Shown: positions 35,701 through 50,700 of the stretch, one piece after another
Position numbering within the stretch: position 1 is the stretch's first letter
Layout: each line of letters begins with the position of its first letter
Assembly: GCA_964035545.1 (NCBI GenBank)
Contig: CAXIUT010000126.1
Location: 1 to 64,000 of the forward strand
DNA length: 64,000 bases
DNA from: Bugula neritina
Taxonomy: Eukaryota; Animalia; Bryozoa
Reading direction: 5' to 3'
Notes under the pieces: generated by a model
Databases searched by the model: none
What the model was told of the DNA's origin: nothing
What the model saw: the letters and a program-made list of their open reading frames with translations, nothing else
Position numbers and translations under genes: made by a program

Positions 35701-38700
35701 TGTTGTAGTATGTTGCAGTGTATTTCAGTATGTTACAGTGTATTTCAGTATGTTGCAGTATATTTCAGTATGTTACAGTGTATTTCAGTATGTTGCAGTA
35801 TATTTCAGTGTGTTACAGTGTATTTCAGTATGTTGTAGTATATTTCAGTGTGTCACAGTATATTTCAGTATGTTGCAGTATTTTTCAATGTGTTGCAGTG
35901 TGTTTCAATATGTTACAGCGTATTTCAGTATGTTGCAGTGTATTTCAGTATGTAGCAGGGTATTTCAGTATGTTGCAGTGCATTTCAGTGTGCTACAGCA
36001 TATTTCAGTATGTTGCAGTATATTGCAATGTGTCGCAGTATATTTCAGTATGTTGCTGTATATTTCAATGTGTTACAGTATATTTCAGTAGTTTACCATA
36101 CATTTCGGTACGTTGCAGTATATTTCAATGTGTTGCAGTGTATTTCAATATGTTACAGTGTATTTCAGTATGTTGTAGTATTTTGCCGCGTATTTCAGTA
36201 ATTTGCAGTATCTTGCAGTGTATTTCAGTATGTTGCAGTATTTTTCAATGTGTTACCGTATATTTCAGTATATTACCATATATTTAGGTATGTTGCAGTA
36301 TATTTCAATGTGTTGCAGTGTATTTCAATATGTTCTACTAATTTGTGGTGTATTTCAGTATGTTACAGTGTATTTCAGTATGTTCCAGTATGTTTCAATA
36401 TGTTACAGTGTATTTCAGTATTTTGCAGTATATTTCAGTGAGTTGCAGTGTATTTCAGTGTGCTACAGCATATTTCAGTATGTTGCAGTATATTGCAATG
36501 TGTCGCAGTATGTTGCAGTATTTTTCAATGTGTTACAGTATATTTCAGTAGTTTACCATATATTTCGGTATGTTGCAGTATATTTCAATGTGTTGCAGTG
36601 TATATCAATATGTTACAGTGTATTTGAGCATGTTGTAGTATTTTGCAGTGTATTTCAGTATGTTACAGTGTATTTCAGTATGTTGCAGTATGTTTCAATA
36701 TGTTACAGTGTATTTCAGTATTTTGCAGTATATTTCAGTGAGTTGCAGTGTATTTCAGTGTGCTACAGCATATTTCAGTATGTTACAGTATATTGCAATG
36801 TGTCGCAGTGTATTTCAGTATGTTGCAGTATTTTTCAAGGTGTTACAGTATATTTCAGTAGTTTACCATATATTTCGGTATGTTGCAGTATATTTCAATG
36901 TGTTGCAGTGTATATCAATATTTTACAGTGTATTTGAGCATGTTGTAGTATTTTGCAGTGTATTTCAGTGTGTTGCAGTGTATTTCAGTATTTTGCAGTA
37001 TTTTTCAATGTGTTACAGTGTATTTCGGTATATTACCGTATATTTAAGTATGTCGCAGTATATTTCAGTATGTTGCCGTATGTTTCAGTGTGTTGCAGTA
37101 TATTTCATTTAGTTGCAGTGTATTTCAATTTGTTCCAGTGTATGTCAGTATAATGCAGTATGTTGCAGTGTGTTTCAGTATGTTACAGTGTATTTCAGTA
37201 TGTTGCAGTATCTTGCAGTACATTTCAGTATGTTTTAGTATGTAGCAGTGTATTTCAGTATGTTGCAGTATATTTCAGTATGTTGCAGTATATTTCAGTG
37301 TGTTACTGTTTTTTCCAGTATGTTACAACACATTTCCGTATATTAAACTATATTTCAGCGAGTTACAGTATATTTCAATGTGTTGCAGTGTATTGCAATA
37401 TGTTACAGCGTATTTCGGTATGTTGCAGTGTGTTGCAGTGTAATTCAGTATATTACATTGTATTTCAGTGTGTTGCAGTTCATTTCAATATGTAGCAGGG
37501 TATTTCAGTATAGTGCAGTGTATTTCAGTATGCTACAGCATATTTCAGTATGTTGCAGTATATTGCAATGTGTCGCAGTATATTTCAGTATGTTGCAGTA
37601 CGTTGCAGTATGTTTCAATATGTTACGGTGTATTTCAGCATGTTGCAGTATATTTCAGTGAGTTGCAGTGTATTTCAGTGTGCTACAGCATATTTCAGTA
37701 TGTTACAGTATATTGCAATGTGTCGCAGTATATTTCAGTATGTTGCAGTATTTTTCAATGTGTTACAGTATATTTCATTAGTTTACCATATATTTCGGTG
37801 TGTTGCAGTATATTTCAATGTGTTGCAGTGTATTTCAATATGTTACAGTGTATTTCAGCATGTTGTAGTTTTTTGCAGAATATTTCAGTGTGTTGCAGTG
37901 TACTTTAGTATTTTGCAGTATTTTTCAATGTGTTACAGTATATTTCGGTATATTACCGTATATTTAGGTATGCTTCAGTATATTTCAATCTGTTGCAGTG
38001 TATTTCAATATGTTGTAGTATGTTGCAGTGTATTTCAGTATGTTACAGTGTATTTCAGTATGTTGCAGTATATTTCAGTATGTTACAGTGTATTTCAGTA
38101 TGTTGCAGTATATTTCAGTGTGTTACAGTGTATTTCAGTATGTTGTAGTATATTTCAGTGTGTTACAGTATGTTTCAGTATGTTGCAGTATTTTTCAATG
38201 TGTTGCAGTGTATTTCAATATGTTACAGCGTATTTCAGTATGTTGCAGTGTATTTCAGTATGTAGCAGGGTATTTCAGTATGTTGCAGTGCATTTCAGTA
38301 TGCTACAGCATATTTCAGTATGTTGCAGTATATTGCAATGTGTCTCAGTATATTTCAGTATGTTGCTGTATATTTCAATGTGTTACAGTATATTTCAGTA
38401 GTTTACCATACATTTCGGTACGTTGCAGTATATTTCAATGTGTTGCAGTGTATTTCAATATGTTACAGTGTATTTCAGTATGTTGTAGTATTTTGCCGCG
38501 TATTTCAGTATGTTGCAGTATCTTGCAGTGTATTTCAGTATGTTGCAGTATTTTTCAATGTGTTACCGTTTATTTCAGTATATTACCATATATTTAGGTA
38601 TGTTGCAGTATATTTCAATGTGTTGCAGTGTATTTCAATATGTTCTAGTAATTTGTGGTGTATTTCAGTATGTTACAGTGTATTTCATTATGTTGCAGTA

Positions 38701-41700
38701 TGTTTCAATATGTTACAGTGTATTTCAGTATTTTGCAGTATATTTCAGTGAGTTGCAGTGTATTTCAGTGTGCTACAGCATATTTCAGTATGTTGCAGTA
38801 TATTGCAATGTGTCGCAGTATGTTGCAGTATTTTTCAATGTGTTACCGTATATTTCAGTATATTACCATATATTTAGGTATGTTGCAGTATATTTCAATG
38901 TGTTGCAGTGTATTTCAATATGTTCTAGTAATTTGTGGTGTATTTCAGTATGTTACAGTGTATTTCAGTATGTTGCAGTATGTTTCAATATGTTACAGTG
39001 TATTTCAGTATTTTGCAGTATATTTCAGTGAGTTGCAGTGTATTTCAGTGTGCTACAGCATATTTCAGTATGTTGCAAAATATTGCAATGTGTCGCAGTA
39101 TGTTGCAGTATTTTTCAATGTGTTACCGTATATTTCAGTATATTACCATATATTTAGGTATGTTGCAGTATATTTCAATGTGTTGCAGTGTATTTCAATA
39201 TGTTACAGTGTATTTGAGCATGTTGTAGTATTTTGCAGTGTATTTCAGTATGTTACAGTGTATTTCAGTATGTTGCAGTATGTTTCAATATGTTACAGTG
39301 TATTTCAGTATTTTGCAGTATATTTCAGTGAGTTGCAGTGTATTTCAGTGTGCTACAGCATACTTCAGTATGTTACAGTATATTGCAATGTGTCGCAGTG
39401 TATTTCAGTATGTTGCAGTATTTTTCAAGGTGTTACAGTATATTTCAGTAGTTTACCATATATTTCGGTATGTTGCAGTATATTTCAATGTGTTGCAGTG
39501 TATATCAATATGTTACAGTGTATTTGAGCATGTTGTAGTATTTTGCAGTGTATTTCAGTGTGTTGCAGTGTATTTCAGTATTTTGCAGTATTTTTCAATG
39601 TGTTACAGTGTATTTCGGTATATTACCGTATATTTAGGTATGTCGCAGTATATTTCAGTATGTTGCCGTATGTTTCAGTGTGTTGCAGTATATTTCATTT
39701 AGTTGCAGTGTATTTCAATTTGTTCCAGTGTATGTCAGTATAATGAAGTATGTTGCAGTGTGTTTCAGTATGTTACAGTGTATTTCAGTATGTTGCAGTA
39801 TCTTGCAGTACATTTCAGTATGTTTTAGTATGTAGCAGTGTATTTCAGTATGTTGCAGTATATTTCAGTATGTTGCAGTATATTTCAGTGTGTTACTGTT
39901 TTTTCCAGTATGTTACAACACATTTCCGTATATTAAACTATATTTCAGCGAGTTACAGTATATTTCAATGTGTTGCAGTGTATATCAATATGTTACAGTG
40001 TATTTGAGCATGTTGTAGTGTTTTGCGGCGTATTTCAGTATGTTGCAGTATCTTGCAGTATATTTCAGCATGTTGCAGTTATTTTCAATGTGTTACAGTA
40101 TGTTTCAGTATATTACCGTATATTTAGGTATGTTGCAGCATATTTCAATGTGTTGCAGTGTATTTCAATATGTTCTAGTGTTTTGCAGTGTATTTCAGTT
40201 TGTTACAGTGTATTTCAGTATGTTGCAGTATGTTGCAGTATGTTTCAATATGTTACAGTGTATTTCAGCATGTTGCAGTATATTTCAGTGAGTTGCAGTG
40301 TATTTCAGTGTGCTACAGCATATTTCAGTATGTTACAGTATATTGCAATGTGTCGCAGTATATTTCAGTATGTTGCAGTATTTTTCAATGTGTTACAGTA
40401 TATTTCATTAGTTTACCATATATTTCGGTGTGTTGCAGTATATTTCAATGTGTTGCAGTGTATTTCAATATGTTACAGTGTATTTCAGCATGTTGTAGTT
40501 TTTTGCAGAATATTTCAGTGTGTTGCAGTGTACTTTAGTATTTTGCAGTATTTTTCAATGTGTTACAGTATATTTCGGTATATTACCGTATATTTAGGTA
40601 TGCTTCAGTATATTTCAATCTGTTGCAGTGTATTTCAATATGTTGTAGTATGTTGCAGTGTATTTCAGTATGTTACAGTGTATTTCAGTATGTTGCAGTA
40701 TATTTCAGTATGTTACAGTGTATTTCAGTATGTTGCAGTATATTTCAGTGTGTTACAGTGTATTTCAGTATGTTGTAGTATATTTCAGTGTGTTACAGTA
40801 TGTTTCAGTATGTTGCAGTATTTTTCAATGTGTTGCAGTGTATTTCAATATGTTACAGCGTATTTCAGTATGTTGCAGTGTATTTCAGTATGTAGCAGGG
40901 TATTTCAGTATGTTGCAGTGCATTTCAGTATGCTACAGCATATTTCAGTATGTTGCAGTATATTGCAATGTGTCTCAGTATATTTCAGTATGTTGCTGTA
41001 TATTTCAATGTGTTACAGTATATTTCAGTAGTTTACCATACATTTCGGTACGTTGCAGTATATTTCAATGTGTTGCAGTGTATTTCAATATGTTACAGTG
41101 TATTTCAGTATGTTGTAGTATTTTGCCGCGTATTTCAGTATGTTGCAGTATCTTGCAGTGTATTTCAGTATGTTGCAGTATTTTTCAATGTGTTACCGTA
41201 TATTTCAGTATATTACCATATATTTAGGTATGTTGCAGTATATTTCAATGTGTTGCAGTGTATTTCAATATGTTCTAGTAATTTGTGGTGTATTTCAGTA
41301 TGTTACAGTGTATTTCAGTATGTTGCAGTATGTTTCAATATGTTACAGTGTATTTCAGTATTTTGCAGTATATTTCAGTGAGTTGCAGTGTATTTCAGTG
41401 TGCTACAGCATATTTCAGTATGTTGCAGTATATTGCAATGTGTCGCAGTATGTTGCAGTATTTTTCAATGTGTTACCGTATATTTCAGTATATTACCATA
41501 TATTTAGGTATGTTGCAGTATATTTCAATGTGTTGCAGTGTATTTCAATATGTTCTAGTAATTTGTGGTGTATTTCAGTATGTTACAGTGTATTTCAGTA
41601 TGTTGCAGTATGTTTCAATATGTTACAGTGTATTTCAGTATTTTGCAGTAGATTTCAGTGAGTTGCAGTGTATTTCAGTGTGCTACAGCATATTTCAGTA

Positions 41701-44700
41701 TGTTGCAAAATATTGCTATCTGTCGCAGTATGTTGCAGTATTTTTCAATGTGTTACCGTATATTTCAGTATATTACCATATATTTAGGTATGTTGCAGTA
41801 TATTTCAATGTGTTGCAGTGTATTTCAATATGTTACAGTGTATTTGAGCATGTTGTAGTATTTTGCAGTGTATTTCAGTATGTTACAGTGTATTTCAGTA
41901 TGTTGCAGTATGTTTCAATATGTTACAGTGTATTTCAGTATTTTGCAGTATATTTCAGTGAGTTGCAGTGTATTTCAGTGTGCTACAGCATATTTCAGTA
42001 TGTTACAGTATATTGCAATGTGTCGCAGTGTATTTCAGTATGTTGCAGTATTTTTCAAGGTGTTACAGTATATTTCAGTAGTTTACCATATATTTCGGTA
42101 TGTTGCAGTATATTTCAATGTGTTGCAGTGTATATCAATATGTTACAGTGTATTTGAGCATGTTGTAGTATTTTGCAGTGTATTTCAGTGTGTTGCAGTG
42201 TATTTCAGTATTTTGCAGTATTTTTCAATGTGTTACAGTGTATTTCAATTTGTTCCAGTGTATGTCAGTATAATGCAGTATGTTGCAGTGTGTTTCAGTA
42301 TGTTACAGTGTATTTCAGTATGTTGCAGTATCTTGCAGTACATTTCAGTATGTTTTAGTATGTAGCAGTGTATTTCAGTATGTTGCAGTATATTTCAGTA
42401 TGTTGCAGTATATTTCAGTGTGTTACTGTTTTTTCCAGTATGTTACAACACATTTCCGTATATTAAACTATATTTCAGCGAGTTACCGTATATTTCAATG
42501 TGTTGCAGTGTATATCAATATGTTACAGTGTATTTGAGCATGTTGTAGTATTTTGCAGTGTATTTCAGTATTTTGCAGTATTTTTCAATGTGTTACAGTG
42601 TATTTCGGTATATTACCGTATATTTAGGTATGTCGCAGTATATTTCAGTATGTTGCTGTATGTTTCAGTGTGTTGCAGTATATTTCATTGAGTTGCAGTG
42701 TATTTCAATTTGTTCCAGTGTATGTCAGTATAATGCAGTATGTTGCAGTGTGTTTCAGTATGTTACAGTGTATTTCAGTATGTTGCAGTATCTTGCAGTA
42801 CATTTCAGTATGTTTTAGTATGTAGCAGTGTATTTCAGTATGTAGCAGTATATTTCAGTATGTTGCAGTATATTTCAGTGTGTTACTGTTTTTTCCAGTA
42901 TGTTACAACACATTTCCGTATATTAAACTATATTTCAGCGAGTTACAGTATATTTCAATGTGTTGCAGTGTATTGCAATATGTTACAGCGTATTTCGGTA
43001 TGTTGCAGTGTGTTGCAGTGTAATTCAGTATATTACATTGTATTTCAGTGTGTTGCAGTTCATTTCAATATGTAGCAGGGTATTTCAGTATAGTGCAGTG
43101 TATTTCAGTATGCTACAGCATATTTCAGTATGTTGCAGTATATTGCAATGTGTCGCAGTATATTTCAGTATGTTGCAGTACGTTGCAGTATGTTTCAATA
43201 TGTTACGGTGTATTTCAGTATGTTGCAGTATATTTCAGTGAGTTGCAGTGTATTTCAGTGTGCTACAGCATATTTCAGTATGTTACAGTATATTGCAATC
43301 TGTCGCAGTATATTTCAGTTTGTTGCAGTGTTTTTCAATGTGTTACAGTATATTTCATTAGTTTACCATATATTTCGGTATGTTGCAGTATATTTCAATG
43401 TGTTGCAGTGTATTTCAATATGTTACAGTGTATTTCAGCATGTTGTAGTTTTTTGCAGAATATTTCAGTGTGTTGCAGTGTACTTTAGTATTTTGCAGTA
43501 TTTTTCAATGTGTTACAGTATATTTCGGTATACTACCGTATATTTAGGTATGCTTCAGTATATTTCAATCTGTTGCAGTGTATTTCAATATGTTGTAGTA
43601 TGTTGCAGTGTATTTCAGTATGTTACAGTGTATTTCAGTATGTTGCAGTATATTTCAGTATGTTACAGTGTATTTCAGTATGTTGCAGTATATTTCAGTG
43701 TGTTACAGTGTATTTCAGTATGTTGTAGTATATTTCAGTGTGTTACAGTATGTTTCAGTATGTTGCAGTATTTTTGAATGTGTTGCAGTGTATTTCAATA
43801 TGTTACAGCGTATTTCAGTATGTTGCAGTGTATTTCAGTATGTAGCAGGGTATTTCAGTATGTTGCAGTGCATTTCAGTATGCTACAGCATATTTCAGTA
43901 TGTTGCAGTATATTGCAATGTGTCTCAGTATATTTCAGTATGTTGCTGTATATTTCAATGTGTTACAGTATATTTCAGTAGTTTACCATACATTTCGGTA
44001 CGTTGCAGTATATTTCAATGTGTTGCAGTGTATTTCAATATGTTACAGTGTATTTCAGTATGTTGTAGTATTTTGCCGCGTATTTCAGTATGTTGCAGTA
44101 TCTTGCAGTGTATTTCAGTATGTTGCAGTATTTTTCAATGTGTTACCGTTTATTTCAGTATATTACCATATATTTAGGTATGTTGCAGTATATTTCAATG
44201 TGTTGCAGTGTATTTCAATATGTTCTAGTAATTTGTGGTGTATTTCAGTATGTTACAGTGTATTTCATTATGTTGCAGTATGTTTCAATATGTTACAGTG
44301 TATTTCAGTATTTTGCAGTATATTTCAGTGAGTTGCAGTGTATTTCAGTGTGCTACAGCATATTTCAGTATGTTGCAGTATATTGCAATGTGTCGCAGTA
44401 TGTTGCAGTATTTTTCAATGTGTTACCGTATATTTCAGTATATTACCATATATTTAGGTATGTTGCAGTATATTTCAATGTGTTGCAGTGTATTTCAATA
44501 TGTTCTAGTAATTTGTGGTGTATTTCAGTATGTTACAGTGTATTTCAGTATGTTGCAGTATGTTTCAATATGTTACAGTGTATTTCAGTATTTTGCAGTA
44601 TATTTCAGTGAGTTGCAGTGTATTTCAGTGTGCTACAGCATATTTCAGTATGTTGCAAAATATTGCAATGTGTCGCAGTATGTTGCAGTATTTTTCAATG

Positions 44701-47700
44701 TGTTACCGTATATTTCAGTATATTACCATATATTTAGGTATGTTGCAGTATATTTCAATGTGTTGCAGTGTATTTCAATATGTTACAGTGTATTTGAGCA
44801 TGTTGTAGTATTTTGCAGTGTATTTCAGTATGTTACAGTGTATTTCAGTATGTTGCAGTATGTTTCAATATGTTACAGTGTATTTCAGTATTTTGCAGTA
44901 TATTTCAGTGAGTTGCAGTGTATTTCAGTGTGCTACAGCATATTTCAGTATGTTGCAAAATATTGCTATCTGTCGCAGTATGTTGCAGTATTTTTCAATG
45001 TGTTACCGTATATTTCAGTATATTACCATATATTTAGGTATGTTGCAGTATATTTCAATGTGTTGCAGTGTATTTCAATATGTTACAGTGTATTTGAGCA
45101 TGTTGTAGTATTTTGCAGTGTATTTCAGTATGTTACAGTGTATTTCAGTATGTTGCAGTATGTTTCAATATGTTACAGTGTATTTCAGTATTTTGCAGTA
45201 TATTTCAGTGAGTTGCAGTGTATTTCAGTGTGCTACAGCATATTTCAGTATGTTACAGTATATTGCAATGTGTCGCAGTGTATTTCAGTATGTTGCAGTA
45301 TTTTTCAAGGTGTTACAGTATATTTCAGTAGTTTACCATATATTTCGGTATGTTGCAGTATATTTCAATGTGTTGCAGTGTATATCAATATGTTACAGTG
45401 TATTTGAGCATGTTGTAGTATTTTGCAGTGTATTTCAGTGTGTTGCAGTGTATTTCAGTATTTTGCAGTATTTTTCAATGTGTTACAGTGTATTTCAATT
45501 TGTTCCAGTGTATGTCAGTATAATGCAGTATGTTGCAGTGTGTTTCAGTATGTTACAGTGTATTTCAGTATGTTGCAGTATCTTGCAGTACATTTCAGTA
45601 TGTTTTAGTATGTAGTAGTGTATTTCAGTATGTTGCAGTATATTTCAGTATGTTGCAGTATATTTCAGTGTGTTACTGTTTTTTCCAGTATGTTACAACA
45701 CATTTCCGTATATTAAACTATATTTCAGCGAGTTACAGTATATTTCAATGTGTTGCAGTGTATATCAATATGTTACAGTGTATTTGAGCATGTTGTAGTA
45801 TTTTGCAGTGTATTTCAGTATTTTGCAGTATTTTTCAATGTGTTACAGTGTATTTCGGTATATTACCGTATATTTAGGTATGTCGCAGTATATTTCAGTA
45901 TGTTGCTGTATGTTTCAGTGTATTGCAGTATATTTCATTGAGTTGCAGTGTATTTCAATTTGTTCCAGTGTATGTCAGTATAATGCAGTATGTTGCAGTG
46001 TGTTTCAGTATGTTACAGTGTATTTCAGTATGTTGCAGTATCTTGCAGTACATTTCAGTATGTTTTAGTATGTAGCAGTGTATTTCAGTATGTAGCAGTA
46101 TATTTCAGTATGTTGCAGTATATTTCAGTGTGTTACTGTTTTTTCCAGTATGTTACAACACATTTCCGTATATTAAACTATATTTCAGCGAGTTACAGTA
46201 TATTTCAATGTGTTGCAGTGTATTGCAATATGTTACAGCGTATTTCGGTATGTTGCAGTGTGTTGCAGTGTAATTCAGTATATTACATTGTATTTCAGTG
46301 TGTTGCAGTTCATTTCAATATGTAGCAGGGTATTTCAGTATAGTGCAGTGTATTTCAGTATGCTACAGCATATTTCAGTATGTTGCAGTATATTGCAATG
46401 TGTCGCAGTATATTTCAGTATGTTGCAGTACGTTGCAGTATGTTTCAATATGTTACGGTGTATTTCAGTATGTTGCAGTATATTTCAGTGAGTTGCAGTG
46501 TATTTCAGTGTGCTACAGCATATTTCAGTATGTTACAGTATATTGCAATCTGTCGCAGTATATTTCAGTTTGTTGCAGTGTTTTTCAATGTGTTACAGTA
46601 TATTTCATTAGTTTACCATATATTTCGGTATGTTGCAGTATATTTCAATGTGTTGCAGTGTATTTCAATATGTTACAGTGTATTTCAGCATGTTGTAGTT
46701 TTTTGCAGAATATTTCAGTGTGTTGCAGTGTACTTTAGTATTTTGCAGTATTTTTCAATGTGTTACAGTATATTTCGGTATATTACCGTATATTTAGGTA
46801 TGCTTCAGTATATTTCAATCTGTTGCAGTGTATTTCAATATGTTGTAGTATGTTGCAGTGTATTTCAGTATGTTACAGTGTATTTCAGTATGTTGCAGTA
46901 TATTTCAGTATGTTACAGTGTATTTCAGTATGTTGCAGTATATTTCAGTGTGTTACAGTGTATTTCAGTATGTTGTAGTATATTTCAGTGTGTTACAGTA
47001 TGTTTCAGTATCTTGCAGTATTTTTCAATGTGTTGCAGTGTATTTCAATATGTTACAGCGTATTTCAGTATGTTGCAGTGTATTTCAGTATGTAGCAGGG
47101 TATTTCAGTATGTTGCAGTGCATTTCAGTATGCTACAGCATATTTCAGTATGTTGCAGTATATTGCAATGTGTCTCAGTATATTTCAGTATGTTGCTGTA
47201 TATTTCAATGTGTTACAGTATATTTCAGTAGTTTACCATACATTTCGGTACGTTGCAGTATATTTCAATGTGTTGCAGTGTATTTCAATATGTTACAGTG
47301 TATTTCAGTATGTTGTAGTATTTTGCCGCGTATTTCAGTATGTTGCAGTATCTTGCAGTGTATTTCAGTATGTTGCAGTATTTTTCAATGTGTTACCGTT
47401 TATTTCAGTATATTACCATATATTTAGGTATGTTGCAGTATATTTCAATGTGTTGCAGTGTATTTCAATATGTTCTAGTAATTTGTGGTGTATTTCAGTA
47501 TGTTACAGTGTATTTCATTATGTTGCAGTATGTTTCAATATGTTACAGTGTATTTCAGTATTTTGCAGTATATTTCAGTGAGTTGCAGTGTATTTCAGTG
47601 TGCTACAGCATATTTCAGTATGTTGCAGTATATTGCAATGTGTCGCAGTATGTTGCAGTATTTTTCAATGTGTTACCGTATATTTCAGTATATTACCATA

Positions 47701-50700
47701 TATTTAGGTATGTTGCAGTATATTTCAATGTGTTGCAGTGTATTTCAATATGTTCTAGTAATTTGTGGTGTATTTCAGTATGTTACAGTGTATTTCAGTA
47801 TGTTGCAGTATGTTTCAATATGTTACAGTGTATTTCAGTATTTTGCAGTATATTTCAGTGAGTTGCAGTGTATTTCAGTGTGCTACAGCATATTTCAGTA
47901 TGTTGCAAAATATTGCAATGTGTCGCAGTATGTTGCAGTATTTTTCAATGTGTTACCGTATATTTCAGTATATTACCATATATTTAGGTATGTTGCAGTA
48001 TATTTCAATGTGTTGCAGTGTATTTCAATATGTTACAGTGTATTTGAGCATGTTGTAGTATTTTGCAGTGTATTTCAGTATGTTACAGTGTATTTCAGTA
48101 TGTTGCAGTATGTTTCAATATGTTACAGTGTATTTCAGTATTTTGCAGTATATTTCAGTGAGTTGCAGTGTATTTCAGTGTGCTACAGCATACTTCAGTA
48201 TGTTACAGTATATTGCAATGTGTCGCAGTGTATTTCAGTATGTTGCAGTATTTTTCAAGGTGTTACAGTATATTTCAGTAGTTTACCATATATTTCGGTA
48301 TGTTGCAGTATATTTCAATGTGTTGCAGTGTATATCAATATGTTACAGTGTATTTGAGCATGTTGTAGTATTTTGCAGTGTATTTCAGTGTGTTGCAGTG
48401 TATTTCAGTATTTTGCAGTATTTTTCAATGTGTTACAGTGTATTTCGGTATATTACCGTATATTTAGGTATGTCGCAGTATATTTCAGTATGTTGCCGTA
48501 TGTTTCAGTGTGTTGCAGTATATTTCATTTAGTTGCAGTGTATTTCAATTTGTTCCAGTGTATGTCAGTATAATGCAGTATGTTGCAGTGTGTTTCAGTA
48601 TGTTACAGTGTATTTCAGTATGTTGCAGTATCTTGCAGTACATTTCAGTATGTTTTAGTATGTAGCAGTGTATTTCAGTATGTTGCAGTATATTTCAGTA
48701 TGTTGCAGTATATTTCAGTGTGTTACTGTTTTTTCCAGTATGTTACAACACATTTCCGTATATTAAACTATATTTCAGCGAGTTACAGTATATTTCAATG
48801 TGTTGCAGTGTATATCAATATGTTACAGTGTATTTGAGCATGTTGTAGTGTTTTGCGGCGTATTTCAGTATGTTGCAGTATCTTGCAGTATATTTCAGCA
48901 TGTTGCAGTTATTTTCAATGTGTTACAGTATGTTTCAGTATATTACCATATATTTAGGTATGTTGCAGCATATTTCAATGTGTTGCAGTGTATTTCAATA
49001 TGTTCTAGTGTTTTCCAGTGTATTTCAGTTTGTTACAGTGTATTTCAGTATGTTGCAGTATGTTGCAGTATGTTTCAATATGTTACAGTGTATTTCAGCA
49101 TGTTGCAGTATATTTCAGTGAGTTGCAGTGTATTTCAGTGTGCTACAGCATATTTCAGTATGTTACAGTATATTGCAATGTGTCGCAGTATATTTCAGTA
49201 TGTTGCAGTATTTTTCAATGTGTTACAGTATATTTCATTAGTTTACCATATATTTCGGTGTGTTGCAGTATATTTCAATGTGTTGCAGTGTATTTCAATA
49301 TGTTACAGTGTATTTCAGCATGTTGTAGTTTTTTGCGGAATATTTCAGTGTGTTGCAGTGTACTTTAGTATTTTGCAGTATTTTTCAATGTGTTACAGTA
49401 TATTTCGGTATATTACCGTATATTTAGGTATGCTTCAGTATATTTCAATCTGTTGCAGTGTATTTCAATATGTTGTAGTATGTTGCAGTGTATTTCAGTA
49501 TGTTACAGTGTATTTCAGTATGTTGCAGTATATTTCAGTATGTAACAGTGTATTTCAGTATGTTGCAGTATATTTCAGTGTGTTACAGTGTATTTCAGTA
49601 TGTTGTAGTATATTTCAGTGTGTTACAGTATGTTTCAGTATGTTGCAGTATTTTTCAATGTGTTGCAGTGTATTTCAATATGTTACAGCGTATTTCAGTA
49701 TGTTGCAGTGTATTTCAGTATGTAGCAGGGTATTTCAGTATGTTGCAGTGCATTTCAGTATGCTACAGCATATTTCAGTATGTTGCAGTATATTGCAATG
49801 TGTCTCAGTATATTTCAGTATGTTGCTGTATATTTCAATGTGTTACAGTATATTTCAGTAGTTTACCATACATTTCGGTACGTTGCAGTATATTTCAATG
49901 TGTTGCAGTGTATTTCAATATGTTACAGTGTATTTCAGTATGTTGTAGTATTTTGCCGCGTATTTCAGTATGTTGCAGTATCTTGCAGTGTATTTCAGTA
50001 TGTTGCAGTATTTTTCAATGTGTTACCGTTTATTTCAGTATATTACCATATATTTAGGTATGTTGCAGTATATTTCAATGTGTTGCAGTGTATTTCAATA
50101 TGTTCTAGTAATTTGTGGTGTATTTCAGTATGTTACAGTGTATTTCATTATGTTGCAGTATGTTTCAATATGTTACAGTGTATTTCAGTATTTTGCAGTA
50201 TATTTCAGTGAGTTGCAGTGTATTTCAGTGTGCTACAGCATATTTCAGTATGTTGCAGTATATTGCAATGTGTCGCAGTATGTTGCAGTATTTTTCAATG
50301 TGTTACCGTATATTTCAGTATATTACCATATATTTAGGTATGTTGCAGTATATTTCAATGTGTTGCAGTGTATTTCAATATGTTCTAGTAATTTGTGGTG
50401 TATTTCAGTATGTTACAGTGTATTTCAGTATGTTGCAGTATGTTTCAATATGTTACAGTGTATTTCAGTATTTTGCAGTATATTTCAGTGAGTTGCAGTG
50501 TATTTCAGTGTGCTACAGCATATTTCAGTATGTTGCAAAATATTGCAATGTGTCGCAGTATGTTGCAGTATTTTTCAATGTGTTACCGTATATTTCAGTA
50601 TATTACCATATATTTAGGTATGTTGCAGTATATTTCAATGTGTTGCAGTGTATTTCAATATGTTACAGTGTATTTGAGCATGTTGTAGTATTTTGCAGTG